From Ignavibacteria bacterium (GTDB taxonomy: Bacteria > Bacteroidota > Ignavibacteria > Kapaibacteriales > UBA4661): DNA of 64,000 bases. The stretch covers positions 19,008-83,007 of the forward strand of contig CANHDJ010000006.1 in the NCBI GenBank assembly GCA_947459425.1, written 5' to 3'. The notes beneath the pieces are model-generated. The model saw only the letters and a program-made list of their open reading frames with translations. It had not been told where the DNA came from and did no database searches. Positions within the stretch are counted from its first letter, which is position 1; the number at the start of each line of letters is the position of its first letter. Position numbers and translations under genes: made by a program. Of the stretch, positions 40,101-47,991 are shown piece after piece.

Positions 40101-43100
40101 CCAACATACACGATCGTTCCAGCGCCATTGACCGCAATAGCAAACACAGAGCCATTAAACGTCGGAAACTTACTGAGCGCCGCATTCGGATCCACCACCG
40201 GAGGAATCAGCACAAATCCCTGACGCGATGCCGTGCCGGAGGCATTAACAACCGAAATACTGCCGCTTGAAGCATTGAGGGGAACAGTTGCCCGAATTTG
40301 CGTCGGCGACACAACCGTAAACTGCGCCGCTGTCGCCCCACCAAAGCTGACGTGCCGCGGTGCCGTGAAATTCTCACCCGTTATCGTGACCTCATCGCCC
40401 GAACGAGCCATGGTCGGCGCAAAGCTACTGATAATCGGTGTCGGAACAATAACCGTAAAGCCTGTGAACGTCCCCGTTCCGGCAGCACCGACAACACTGA
40501 TGGTGTTCGTCGTCACGCCCGCCGGAACGCGCACACGGATTTGCGTTGGCGAAAGAACCGTGTATTGCGTTGGCGCGACATTGATGCCGCCAAAACGCAC
40601 CGCCGTCACGCCCGTAAAGCGCGTTCCCGTGATAATAATCTCCTGCCCTATGAGCTGACTTTGCGGTTGCGTCCGCGTTATGGTCAAGGGCTGGAAAGTA
40701 ATCGTTGTTGTCGTTGAACCGCCGATGCTTGTAATAAGCATCGGACCGCCTGTCGTGGCGGGGGGCATCGTAAAGGTCAACCGATTATCGTTCTGCCGTT
40801 GCACGGTTTGAATGAGAATGCCATTGACACGCACGGTTAAAAGATTGGCAATAAAGTTTGCCCCCGTTACCGTCACCAACTCGCCCGGCAATGGGCTTTC
40901 GGGCGCAAAACTCGTAATCGTCGGCGGCGGTATGACCTGCATTGGCGTTGCCGCAGTGACCGTTCCCCCACTGGCTATCACCGTCAAATTCCCTACCGTT
41001 GCTTGGGTGAAGGTTGCCCGCATTTCCGTCAAACTCGTCCATTCCAGCGTTGCTGCGGTGAGCGTTCCGATGCGCACAATCGGCAATGGATGAAACTCTG
41101 TTCCCAAAATCGTCAAGGTCTGCCCAAAGGCAAGGAACGTTCCGGGCTGCGCCGATGAAATCGTTGGTGGACGAACCATGGTAAACGTGCCAAGCGAATC
41201 CGTTCCCACTCCCGGAGTTTGCGCACGAATGAGTCCCGTCGAAGCATCATTCGGAACGGTAATGCGAATCTGACCGTTTGTAACGGGCGTAAATGCTTGT
41301 GTGTAGGCGCTAGTACCAAAATTCACGCCGGAGACACGCGGGAAATTCCCACCGAAAATGTTCACCGTATCGCCCGCTCTTGCCCATTTGGGGAAGAAAT
41401 TGACAATCGAAGGAGTTTGCACAAAGTCAAAACTGCCCGGAGAAGCGGCAATGCCCGTTGGCGTTTGAACAGTCACCGGACCGGAATTGCCCAAATTTAC
41501 CCGTGCTGTAATCGCATTAGCACCGCCACTGACAAAACTCAGCGCATTCAGACCACCAAAGCTCACGTTTATCGGATTGGAAAGGCGATTGCCTTGTATT
41601 TGCACGGTGCTTCCTGTCGTTCCGTAGCTAGGCGAAAACGACGTTATTTCCGGTGCATTATTGAACGTAATCATCTGCGTAGAATTTGCCGCACCAGCCG
41701 GAGAAATAAGCGTCACAAGACCGCTCCCGCCTGCACCAACAACAGCCTTAATAAGCGTCGGGGACACAATCTGAAAACTTGTCGCCGCAAATCCACCGAT
41801 TCCCACTTGCGTTACACCACCCAACGCCGTTCCCGTAATCGAAATCGTATCGCCCGGAAACACCGTGAGCGGCGTAAAACTTGATACCGTTGGCTGGATG
41901 GAGCCGATAGCAAAGAAATGATTCACCCCAGGCGGCACGGCTCCTGCATTGGAGGTTATCGTCGTCATGGTGATACCATTGCCGCCGAACCCCGTATATT
42001 GACCTGCCTGCACTGCCGAGCGCCCAACGATGTATGCCAAGGACAAGCCCGATTCCGTCAGCGTCAGCGCCGTGCCGTTGAAGACACCCGACATCGTTTG
42101 CAAACGCCAGTTGCGCTGCGAAAGGAAGGACGACATTGTGGCATCAAACGTTACAGCGCCCGCATCGGCGACTTCTGCTTCAATCACCGGAGATGCGCCC
42201 GTGAGCGTGTTCACCAGCGTTGCCGGACGGAAGCCTGCCGCCGCGCCGATAGGAAACGCATAATTTGTTCCCGGCGCGACGATACCGCCCGTCAAACGCC
42301 GTTGGAGTTTGCCGCGTACAAAACTGCCCGCCGTGCCGTTCAGAATCGTTCCCGCTGCCGTTCCCGACGGGTCGCCGGAGAAAATGCGGGTTGTCGGCTC
42401 CAAAATGCCATTCGTGAAATCCAGCGTTCCGCGCACGTTCAAATCGCCCGTGATGGTGTGATTTCCGGCGCGGTTCACCGTCAAATTATTCAGCGTGTTG
42501 TCTGTTGGGTCTAAGCGCAGCGCCAGTGCGCCTGTGCCGCCGAGCGAGATAGATCCGGCATTTGCGCCGTTGACGCTGGCAATGTTCGCGCCGCCGTTTT
42601 GATTGAGTGTACCGTTTAATGACAGCGTATAGTTGCCCACATTGCTGAGAACAAGTTTTGATGCGGCATTGATGCTCAAACTATTGACAACAAGAGCATT
42701 TGCGCCAAGTGTAACGGGCATGGTATTGGTAATCAGCACGTTTTGTGCGCCTGCTGCGCCAATTTCCCGTGCGGTCGTGGTTTTAACGGCAGTTCCCGAA
42801 TATTCCAGCGTAGCCCCCACAGCGTAGTTCACATCAGAGCTTCCCGTTACAGAGCCGGAGTTTTGTATTTCCAGGATTCCCATATTCTGCACGGTAAAAC
42901 TCGTACCGGAAGCGTTGTTATTCACCACACCACCACCAGTTTGTAGGCGCAAACGCCCGCTTCCAGCAATGGTGAGCGTTGCCGACGCACCTTGCGTAAG
43001 CGTAAACGCGCCCGTTTGGAATGCTCCTGCGCCACTTGTATTGATATTAGTAGCGGTATTGACCGTTGCATTTGCATCCAGTGTAATGTCGTTTGTCCCT

Positions 43101-46100
43101 ATCGCCGTCAATGTTCCTATCGGATTGGCAGTAACGGCGGGCTTCCCTCCGACTGCGGCAAATCGCGTGTTGATTGCGTTTACGCTTGAGTTGAAGGAAT
43201 AGCTTGCCCCGGCGGTGTAGGTAATTGGTCCCGTAAACTGCACCGCGCCTTGCGCTAATGCGTTACCGTTGATACCGTCGGCACGAGATGTAACAAGCGT
43301 TCCCGAAGCAGCAAGCGTGAAATTTCCTGCGCCATTGACGTAACTCGTGCCTGTGTTGAGCGTGCCACCGACGAGCATGGTCGCGCCTACTGCTGCTTGA
43401 GTTAGAACCATGTTATTGCCGAGAGTGAGAGAATTTCCGCTAGGAATTGAAATACCGCCAGTTCCTACCGCGAGTGTTTGTGCGGCTCCGGGAGAAAGCG
43501 TAACATCCCCGCCAATAATCAGTTGTTGTATGTTTTGGGACGGAATATTCGTTGGAGCAAATGTTCCCGCATTGAAGCGCAATCTGTCCGTCGCGGCAGG
43601 TGTGCCGCGATTCACCATGTTTACTGCATCATACCAACTTCCTGCAGCTTGCCAATCGCCCAACATACCACCTACCCAATCGTAAAGATTTGGACCTATC
43701 CCCACAAGGAAATATCCTGCACCCACAACCCCCCCGTTGGTCGTTATGTTGCCCGCCGCCCAAGCAGAATTATTGTTGTTATACGTGCCATTAGCAGTGG
43801 CAGGATTACCGCCAATACTGTTGATAACAGTGTATGGCATAGGAACGGTGCGTTCCACAGAAATCCGACCACTCGTGTAGTTACCGCTTATTTGCTGGAG
43901 TTGCCAGTATTCTGTTGTGGAAAGAGACGAAATATCCGTTCCTACCATACCCATTGCATTTCCGACAAAGGCTTGTACTTGCACACGAGGTCCCGTAGCA
44001 CCTGTGAATGGGTCGAGTACCTTAAAGGGATATTTGTCCGCACCAACACCAACCGGAAATAAATACGTTCCCGCCGTTCCCGTAAGATTCGCCGCCATAT
44101 CACGCTGCAATGGTCCATCCACATACCCCGTTGTTACGGCAATAGCTGTGGGAGCAGTGTTGGAGACCGTGAGCATATTTACGCCCGTTGTCAGAAGTCG
44201 CCCGCCGTTCAGCGTCAGCGTTGCCGACGCGCCGAGTGTTTTTGCGGCATTCAGCGTCAGAATGTTGGTATTGGTCACAAGAAGATTTCCACCCATTGCA
44301 GCAGGAAACTCCTGCGTCGTGGTTGTTTTCGCCGCCGTGCCGGAATACTGAAGCGTCGAACCCGCCACGTAGTTCAGCGTGGATGAGGCTGAGGAGATGA
44401 CACCCGCGTCTTGGATTTCCACAAAGCCGCCGCTATTGACCGTAAACGACAGCGCCGTCGCGTTGTTATGCTGAAGGTTGCCGCCGTTCGGAATAATCAA
44501 GCGTCCGCCGGAGTTTACCGTTACCGTTCCCGTTGCACCGATGACGGGCGCGGCAGGAATAGTCGCGCCGACGGTGTTGGAAACAACGAGCCGTGCCAGC
44601 ATGGGCGAAGGAAGTTCAACGGCTGTGAGTGTTTTTGCCGCCGCGCCGCCGGATTCCAGCGTGGCATTATTGGGAAGAACAGCATCGCCATAGACTGGTG
44701 AAGTCCCCGCAAGTGCGCCTGTTCCCATGAGAAGGAGTCTGCCGCCTGTCGCGCCGTTGTTGATATTGAGATGCCCGCTATTGGTCATTGTTACGCCATT
44801 GGACACTTCGAGCGTTGCACCATTTTCAACAGCCATTATCCCATTGTTTGTTAATGCATTGTTCAATCTCAGCGTCGCACCGTTTTTGACGAGCATTTCT
44901 ACACTTGCGCCAAGCGTAAAACCTGTTGTAGCAGCGGCAGTGCCGGAAGCAACTGTAAAACTTGAGGCGGTATTGTTAAAATCGAGTGCGTTCACCGGAC
45001 CCGTACGTTGCCATGACGCAGGCAAACCCGCATCGCCACTTGCGTAGGTATATCGGTAAAAATCAATTTTGCGCACCGCATTGGCGGATGAAATTTCTCC
45101 CAAATAGATTTGGTCGGAAGCATTATCGTACCAGATGCCGTGCGGTCGCGCAATTTGAGCGACAGATGGTATTCCATCAAGTGTTACAAGTGTGCCGTTG
45201 CCTGTAACGGTCGTAACCATGCCCGTTGCTTTGGAAATACGCCGCACTCTTCCATTGTCGGTATCGGCAACATAAAGGTTCCCCGCAGCATCCATCACAA
45301 GACCACCCGGAGCATTGAATTGAGCCGATAACCCCGCTCCATCGGCAGACCCCAATGTTGATCCCGCAATGGTCGTTACCTCACCTGTCCCAATAACTAT
45401 TTTGCGAATGCGATGAGAGCCTTGCTCTGAAACAAACAAATTTGTACCATCAGAACAAATACCGCCCGGCAAATTGAATGTTGCTCCTGCTCCGGTACCG
45501 TCTAAAGCTCCGGGAGTACCATTGCCTGCAAGCGTCGTAACCACGCCGCCGAGCGTTATTCTGCGAATACGATGATTCGCTCTATCTGACAAATAGAGAC
45601 TGGATGTGCCTGCGTCATAACAAATTTGTGAAGGAGTATCGAACTGTGCGCCTGCTCCCGTCCCATCGGCAAAGCCATTTCCATTTCCGGCAATCGTCGT
45701 AACAACGCCTGTTGCGATAACAATTCTCCGAATACGCGAACTTCCTCCCTGCTCCGAAACATAGAGATGAGTTCCGTCCGAACAAATTCCCACAGGTTGA
45801 GCAAATCGGGCGGACGTTCCTGTGCCGTCAAGTGAAGCATTCGTGCCATCTCCGGCAAAGGTTGTTACCAGCCCCGTCGTGAGGTTAATGCGGCGAATAC
45901 GATTATTAACCCATTCGGTTAGAAATAAATCATTGCCGACCCGCACCATGCCTAAGATGTAATTGAATTGCGCCAAAGCACCCGCTCCATCAGCATATCC
46001 CGCTGCACCAAAGCCCGCTATCGTGGTAACTTGGGGAATAGGATTGACCGTAAAGCCGGGCTGATTAAGAGGCGAGTTGGGAGAACCAATCAGTGTAACA

Positions 46101-47377
46101 TTTCCATTCACAGCACCATACGGCACGGCGGCTTCGATGGTTGTAGCATTAACAAATCTCATGCTACCGGGCGACGTAATCCCGCCAAACTGCGCCTGTA
46201 AAAACGATGGCGTATATGCTGAAAAATTCGTCCCTGTGATAGTAACTTTCTGCATCGGGTAGGCACTCATCGGGGTAAAACTTGTAAAGGTAGGAGGGTC
46301 AATTTTACGGATACGCTCGTTTCCTCTATCAACAACATAGAGACTTCCATTGAGGAGGGAAACACCGTGCGGAAAACTAAACTGAGCAGATGCGGCATCA
46401 CCATTGGTGGTACCTGGTGTTCCTAAGCCAGCATACGTTGTTACGTTACTGCTGGGATCTATTCTACGGATGCGATTGTTATTGAAGTCGGATACATACA
46501 CATTCCCTACAGCATCAACGCAAACACTTATAGGAAAATCAAAACTCGCTGAAGTCCCAGGACCATCAACATGAGCGGCAACACCATTTCCGGCAAGGCT
46601 TGATACTGTCGTACCAGCCGCATTTATTTTGCGGACGAGGTGATTCGATCTGTCTGCAATATAGATATTTCCTGCACCATCTATACAAAGATGATGGGGA
46701 AAATGAAACCCCGACGAGAGAGCAGCACCGTTAGCGGCACCTGTAACTGTCGGTGTTCCTGCATAGGTGGTTACGTTTCCCCCTAAATCTATTTTACGGA
46801 TGCAGTGATTGGAGAAGTCAGCGACATAGATATTTCCCGCAGCATCAGCGCACACCCCTGTAGGCTGATTAAATTGCGCAACACCAGAGGTACCGTTATT
46901 GAAGCCGACTACCCCTGTTCCTGCGTGGGTGGTTACGTTTCCCCCTAAATCTATCTTACGAATGCGATGCCCTCCGTATTCAGCTACATAGATATTCCCC
47001 GAGGCATCTGAACACACTCCGGCAGGCTGATTAAACTGTGCAGAGGCTGCCAAACCATTTGCAAAACCAGCTACCCCTGTTCCTGCGAAGAGGGTTACAT
47101 TTCCAACAGCATCTATTTTGCGGATGCGGTGATTCATTAAATCCGCAACATAAATATTCCCTGACGGGTCTGTACAGATACCATTAGGCTGATTAAACTG
47201 AGCAGCACCACCAATGCCGTTTATGTAGCCTAATGTTGAACCTGCGAAGAGGCTAACAGATTGCGCATAAACCGCGGGCACAAACGTACACAGCAAAAGC
47301 ATAAAAGAAGTCAACGACACCAAAGCAGCACGACGGCACACTCTTCGGGCAAGACGAAGGGTTGAAGAAAGGAGCAT
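34151..47377 (-). CDS. Giant T9SS surface protein (~4,408 aa): three NHL propeller blocks, beta-helix-like repeats, multiple IPT/TIG, YVGGxF propeller, plant-type LRRs, Ig, FN3-like, ASH-like, cohesin-like, CTD
   Basis: GGAG 7 nt before ATG 47377; signal peptide ending VYA-Q; AQFNQP.G...YVAD..NHRIRKI repeats; PTITSF.P...ITG.NF repeats; L..L.L..N.L.G.IP repeats; CTD APNP...LPSGSYTV...VQIVR. Confidence 0.95.
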   Translation of the reverse strand: MLLSSTLRLARRVCRRAALVSLTSFMLLLCTFVPAVYAQSVSLFAGSTLGYINGIGGAAQFNQPNGICTDPSGNIYVADLMNHRIRKIDAVGNVTLFAGTGVAGFANGLAASAQFNQPAGVCSDASGNIYVAEYGGHRIRKIDLGGNVTTHAGTGVVGFNNGTSGVAQFNQPTGVCADAAGNIYVADFSNHCIRKIDLGGNVTTYAGTPTVTGAANGAALSSGFHFPHHLCIDGAGNIYIADRSNHLVRKINAAGTTVSSLAGNGVAAHVDGPGTSASFDFPISVCVDAVGNVYVSDFNNNRIRRIDPSSNVTTYAGLGTPGTTNGDAASAQFSFPHGVSLLNGSLYVVDRGNERIRKIDPPTFTSFTPMSAYPMQKVTITGTNFSAYTPSFLQAQFGGITSPGSMRFVNATTIEAAVPYGAVNGNVTLIGSPNSPLNQPGFTVNPIPQVTTIAGFGAAGYADGAGALAQFNYILGMVRVGNDLFLTEWVNNRIRRINLTTGLVTTFAGDGTNASLDGTGTSARFAQPVGICSDGTHLYVSEQGGSSRIRRIVIATGVVTTIAGNGNGFADGTGAGAQFDTPSQICYDAGTSSLYLSDRANHRIRRITLGGVVTTLAGNGTPGALDGTGAGATFNLPGGICSDGTNLFVSEQGSHRIRKIVIGTGEVTTIAGSTLGSADGAGLSAQFNAPGGLVMDAAGNLYVADTDNGRVRRISKATGMVTTVTGNGTLVTLDGIPSVAQIARPHGIWYDNASDQIYLGEISSANAVRKIDFYRYTYASGDAGLPASWQRTGPVNALDFNNTASSFTVASGTAAATTGFTLGASVEMLVKNGATLRLNNALTNNGIMAVENGATLEVSNGVTMTNSGHLNINNGATGGRLLLMGTGALAGTSPVYGDAVLPNNATLESGGAAAKTLTAVELPSPMLARLVVSNTVGATIPAAPVIGATGTVTVNSGGRLIIPNGGNLQHNNATALSFTVNSGGFVEIQDAGVISSASSTLNYVAGSTLQYSGTAAKTTTTQEFPAAMGGNLLVTNTNILTLNAAKTLGASATLTLNGGRLLTTGVNMLTVSNTAPTAIAVTTGYVDGPLQRDMAANLTGTAGTYLFPVGVGADKYPFKVLDPFTGATGPRVQVQAFVGNAMGMVGTDISSLSTTEYWQLQQISGNYTSGRISVERTVPMPYTVINSIGGNPATANGTYNNNNSAWAAGNITTNGGVVGAGYFLVGIGPNLYDWVGGMLGDWQAAGSWYDAVNMVNRGTPAATDRLRFNAGTFAPTNIPSQNIQQLIIGGDVTLSPGAAQTLAVGTGGISIPSGNSLTLGNNMVLTQAAVGATMLVGGTLNTGTSYVNGAGNFTLAASGTLVTSRADGINGNALAQGAVQFTGPITYTAGASYSFNSSVNAINTRFAAVGGKPAVTANPIGTLTAIGTNDITLDANATVNTATNINTSGAGAFQTGAFTLTQGASATLTIAGSGRLRLQTGGGVVNNNASGTSFTVQNMGILEIQNSGSVTGSSDVNYAVGATLEYSGTAVKTTTAREIGAAGAQNVLITNTMPVTLGANALVVNSLSINAASKLVLSNVGNYTLSLNGTLNQNGGANIASVNGANAGSISLGGTGALALRLDPTDNTLNNLTVNRAGNHTITGDLNVRGTLDFTNGILEPTTRIFSGDPSGTAAGTILNGTAGSFVRGKLQRRLTGGIVAPGTNYAFPIGAAAGFRPATLVNTLTGASPVIEAEVADAGAVTFDATMSSFLSQRNWRLQTMSGVFNGTALTLTESGLSLAYIVGRSAVQAGQYTGFGGNGITMTTITSNAGAVPPGVNHFFAIGSIQPTVSSFTPLTVFPGDTISITGTALGGVTQVGIGGFAATSFQIVSPTLIKAVVGAGGSGLVTLISPAGAANSTQMITFNNAPEITSFSPSYGTTGSTVQIQGNRLSNPINVSFGGLNALSFVSGGANAITARVNLGNSGPVTVQTPTGIAASPGSFDFVQTPSIVNFFPKWARAGDTVNIFGGNFPRVSGVNFGTSAYTQAFTPVTNGQIRITVPNDASTGLIRAQTPGVGTDSLGTFTMVRPPTISSAQPGTFLAFGQTLTILGTEFHPLPIVRIGTLTAATLEWTSLTEMRATFTQATVGNLTVIASGGTVTAATPMQVIPPPTITSFAPESPLPGELVTVTGANFIANLLTVRVNGILIQTVQRQNDNRLTFTMPPATTGGPMLITSIGGSTTTTITFQPLTITRTQPQSQLIGQEIIITGTRFTGVTAVRFGGINVAPTQYTVLSPTQIRVRVPAGVTTNTISVVGAAGTGTFTGFTVIVPTPIISSFAPTMARSGDEVTITGENFTAPRHVSFGGATAAQFTVVSPTQIRATVPLNASSGSISVVNASGTASRQGFVLIPPVVDPNAALSKFPTFNGSVFAIAVNGAGTIVYVGGDFTETTNSLTNGGNTLMRSRLAAIDANTGALITTAIPSIGGVNVRAIAVDNGNNTVYVGGEFTTVNGGTVRNHLCRFNASTGVLDSWQTQHPLNQFVNGLSLNAANTVIYAVGGFTGVAGNPGWNNGCGFNTVDGTLSGFVPNIANVAQAVVVDNANGSIKVAGHFAQTNGIVRQNRLANLTPGAQDIPSWDAQIQDGVGLALALDGGTTYVGGNFTSVGGTPRSKFCALPSANGNPVIDWNPNMNNDVWAIAVIGANVYAGGTFTSVNGNVQRNALAGFPKAPSDATVTAFNANLAGGDVRALAASGTTLYVGGAFTSVGGQPRRGFAVFTPGATPSGVPTPPSTTVPIVTSFAPESAAPMQSVTITGTRFTGATKVAFGDKEAWFKVVSATEIQTVVPFGAVSGEVRVTKGMETGSRAGFTVLDLPKVSTIVGNGTGGLTNFAGQAAELNFPRFGAKIGNNVYFSMVHAIRRLNVQTGEVSTVAGSLDGGNADGVGVAAQFNHTFGLLPSNEFGGDGSTHLLVADYIGSRMRIVDIASGAVRLFAGTGEKGYLDGSLPDARFISPLGLARDNRGPIILTDQEAHAIRVFLNATVFTYAGNPGEAGSANGASETEALFNGPSGIVVDNQNYAYVADRGGNTIRKIWMENGTVTTLAGTGEAGFADGTSGTAKFNNPMGLALNGTTLFVADLGNHRIRAVSTITGEVVTVAGSGTQGFADGTTQAAQFNSPHSLLWDNGALLVFDTDNHRIRRVEVGSIVFAAPVTTGTMGMTGATVVAPAPMRITDVEPTTVTEGSPITLTGENISTNANVALSSGSIESLPLEIISRSTTAIVVQVPNNIVPSLLLSTSARLVVTTPTVRVSILQRLRVNARDIPSVSIMFPNIGSTQSVVSIFGQHFAPLGSSVRGSVKSVSIGGVRVGAFAVVLPTMIQVTVGSVRSGKIMVETLTETLEGSNLFTLDTTSVPVVVTPPEPVSSKDSLALNRLFASTGGMQWTTTSNWTNGAPIGVRYGVTVQSGRVVELRLPDSGIQGAIPMEVLESLDALKVLDLRNNKLSGAIPPSLVNAKNLEVLRLANNGFAGGLPREMKTMTKLREIDLSGNAIRDSLSSLSGLPNVTVLNLRGNSFGGKLADAIPQMTALTVLDMTGNRVTGEIPNEIAALTQLQVLRMRGNRLTGNFPMGLVRNVGKAKSVALQAASDLDVLDLGNNNLTGPIPDEIKNLQFLRVLLLDSNAFTGDLPASLRTLSRLRHLDIRNNQLSGIVDLSGATRLDTVAVSNNRFSVAMLEYFVGTVGSNRTLLYLPQAPFAQPRLLARVGAGANSTEAVVTVTLQDSLRLSVPKTEVYSRTQWRKNGAALTTLRDASRHADLIIPAFTMADTGSYDCVITNDRLPEITLATAQVQVLGRNPLTAPPSVALLEPGAGELDVSTVPRFRWTSVPTVERYRLEIAADTAFASVLSSATIPNTADLPVAGAILASQQTLPAFFRTAFPLAADRQFAWRVRAENVAGESPWAVGTFTTLPPNAQLTMSEWNFGKLTRFDETRGTIRLQNLGSAALTIESIKASIPDFTIENPPQTVAAGAEVQLPIRFVARKVGPLSDSITVSFRVGMSANVQERTLQNRLQARVSGVRLVAPAFDTVIVGKNRISSAMLINLEDRPITLQRAALANAASPYRLDFQGQEVSIAPRDTVLLRMTCLATTVGTVQSNTLRCITYNVSLDQLRREDLETTEVELQTYARLRTPEDVFVQVGVRALDDNVAPGSAVRLEIYLQSDKPLDAIFKAAQPRISGRLRMNNQVLVLAPDELGLRRLNAPVPSADGLQGYVLPPTFWQGRSRTLAQIRCLAVAGTTATTALVLESLEWGEGSVTMDSLINGSFTVKVSQAGGKRLIVPSTAKLAITAIAPNPATNAVEIAYSLGETGFVEIVLVNAKGETVHIFKQEVQSGGEHLLQTRVDRLPSGSYTVQIRMNGETDSRQVQIVR

Positions 47378-47670
47378 AATGGTCTCCAAAGGACTAAAGA
47401 GATGGAGGAAACTGTTTCATTACGAACAATTTACGAACAAAACAACTACGGAGGGGTCACCGATTTTTGGAGGGGGGGTGCTGGAATTTTGAGGGTTTTG
47501 TCATATTTTCATTTCACAAAATGAAAAGCGTAAATACATCTTTCAGGCAATGGCGTTTTTTAACAGAAAACGGCATTTTTCGCAGAGCCAGTACACTTTT
47601 TGTGAATAGCACGCCAAAGAGGAAAACGAGTGAGCGGCAAAAAAGTTGCTATTTTTTTGAAAAAATGTGG

Positions 47671-47932
47671 AATTCGCGTGCGAAACCCGCCGGACGCTCT
47701 AGGAAGCCGCCCGACGGGGAGACCGCTCCTTATACAGCGTTTGTAGGGAACGAAACCCCGAGCCGCGGCAAAGAAATCCGACCGACGGGGAGACCGCTCC
47801 TTATACAGCGTTTGTAGGGAACGAACCCCGAGCCGCGACAAAGAAATCCGACCGACGGGGAGACCGCTCCTCGTCTAGCGTTTGTAGGCAACGAATCTCG
47901 CCATCCGGCGGCTTCTTAGCCCGTCGGGTGGC
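47671..47932. repeat. Composite REP/BIME-like element: ~2.6 tandem 70-71-bp units between two oppositely oriented hairpins
   Basis: CCGACGGGGAGACCGCTCCT at 47711, 47782 and 47852; AGCGTTTGTAGG three times; flanking hairpins at 47686-47718 and 47900-47932. Confidence 0.88.
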
Positions 47933-47991
47933 TGCCCGCCTGACGAGCGGAAAACCTCTTTTGAGTGCGAAGAAGCGCCCCCGCACCACAA

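Noticed and set aside
47472..47478. G7 tract as a phase-variation switch for the giant gene
   Set aside because: It is too short and not demonstrably within a promoter spacer.
47711..47900. CRISPR array
   Set aside because: The 'spacers' are near-identical, so whole units repeat. There are fewer than three units and no cas genes.
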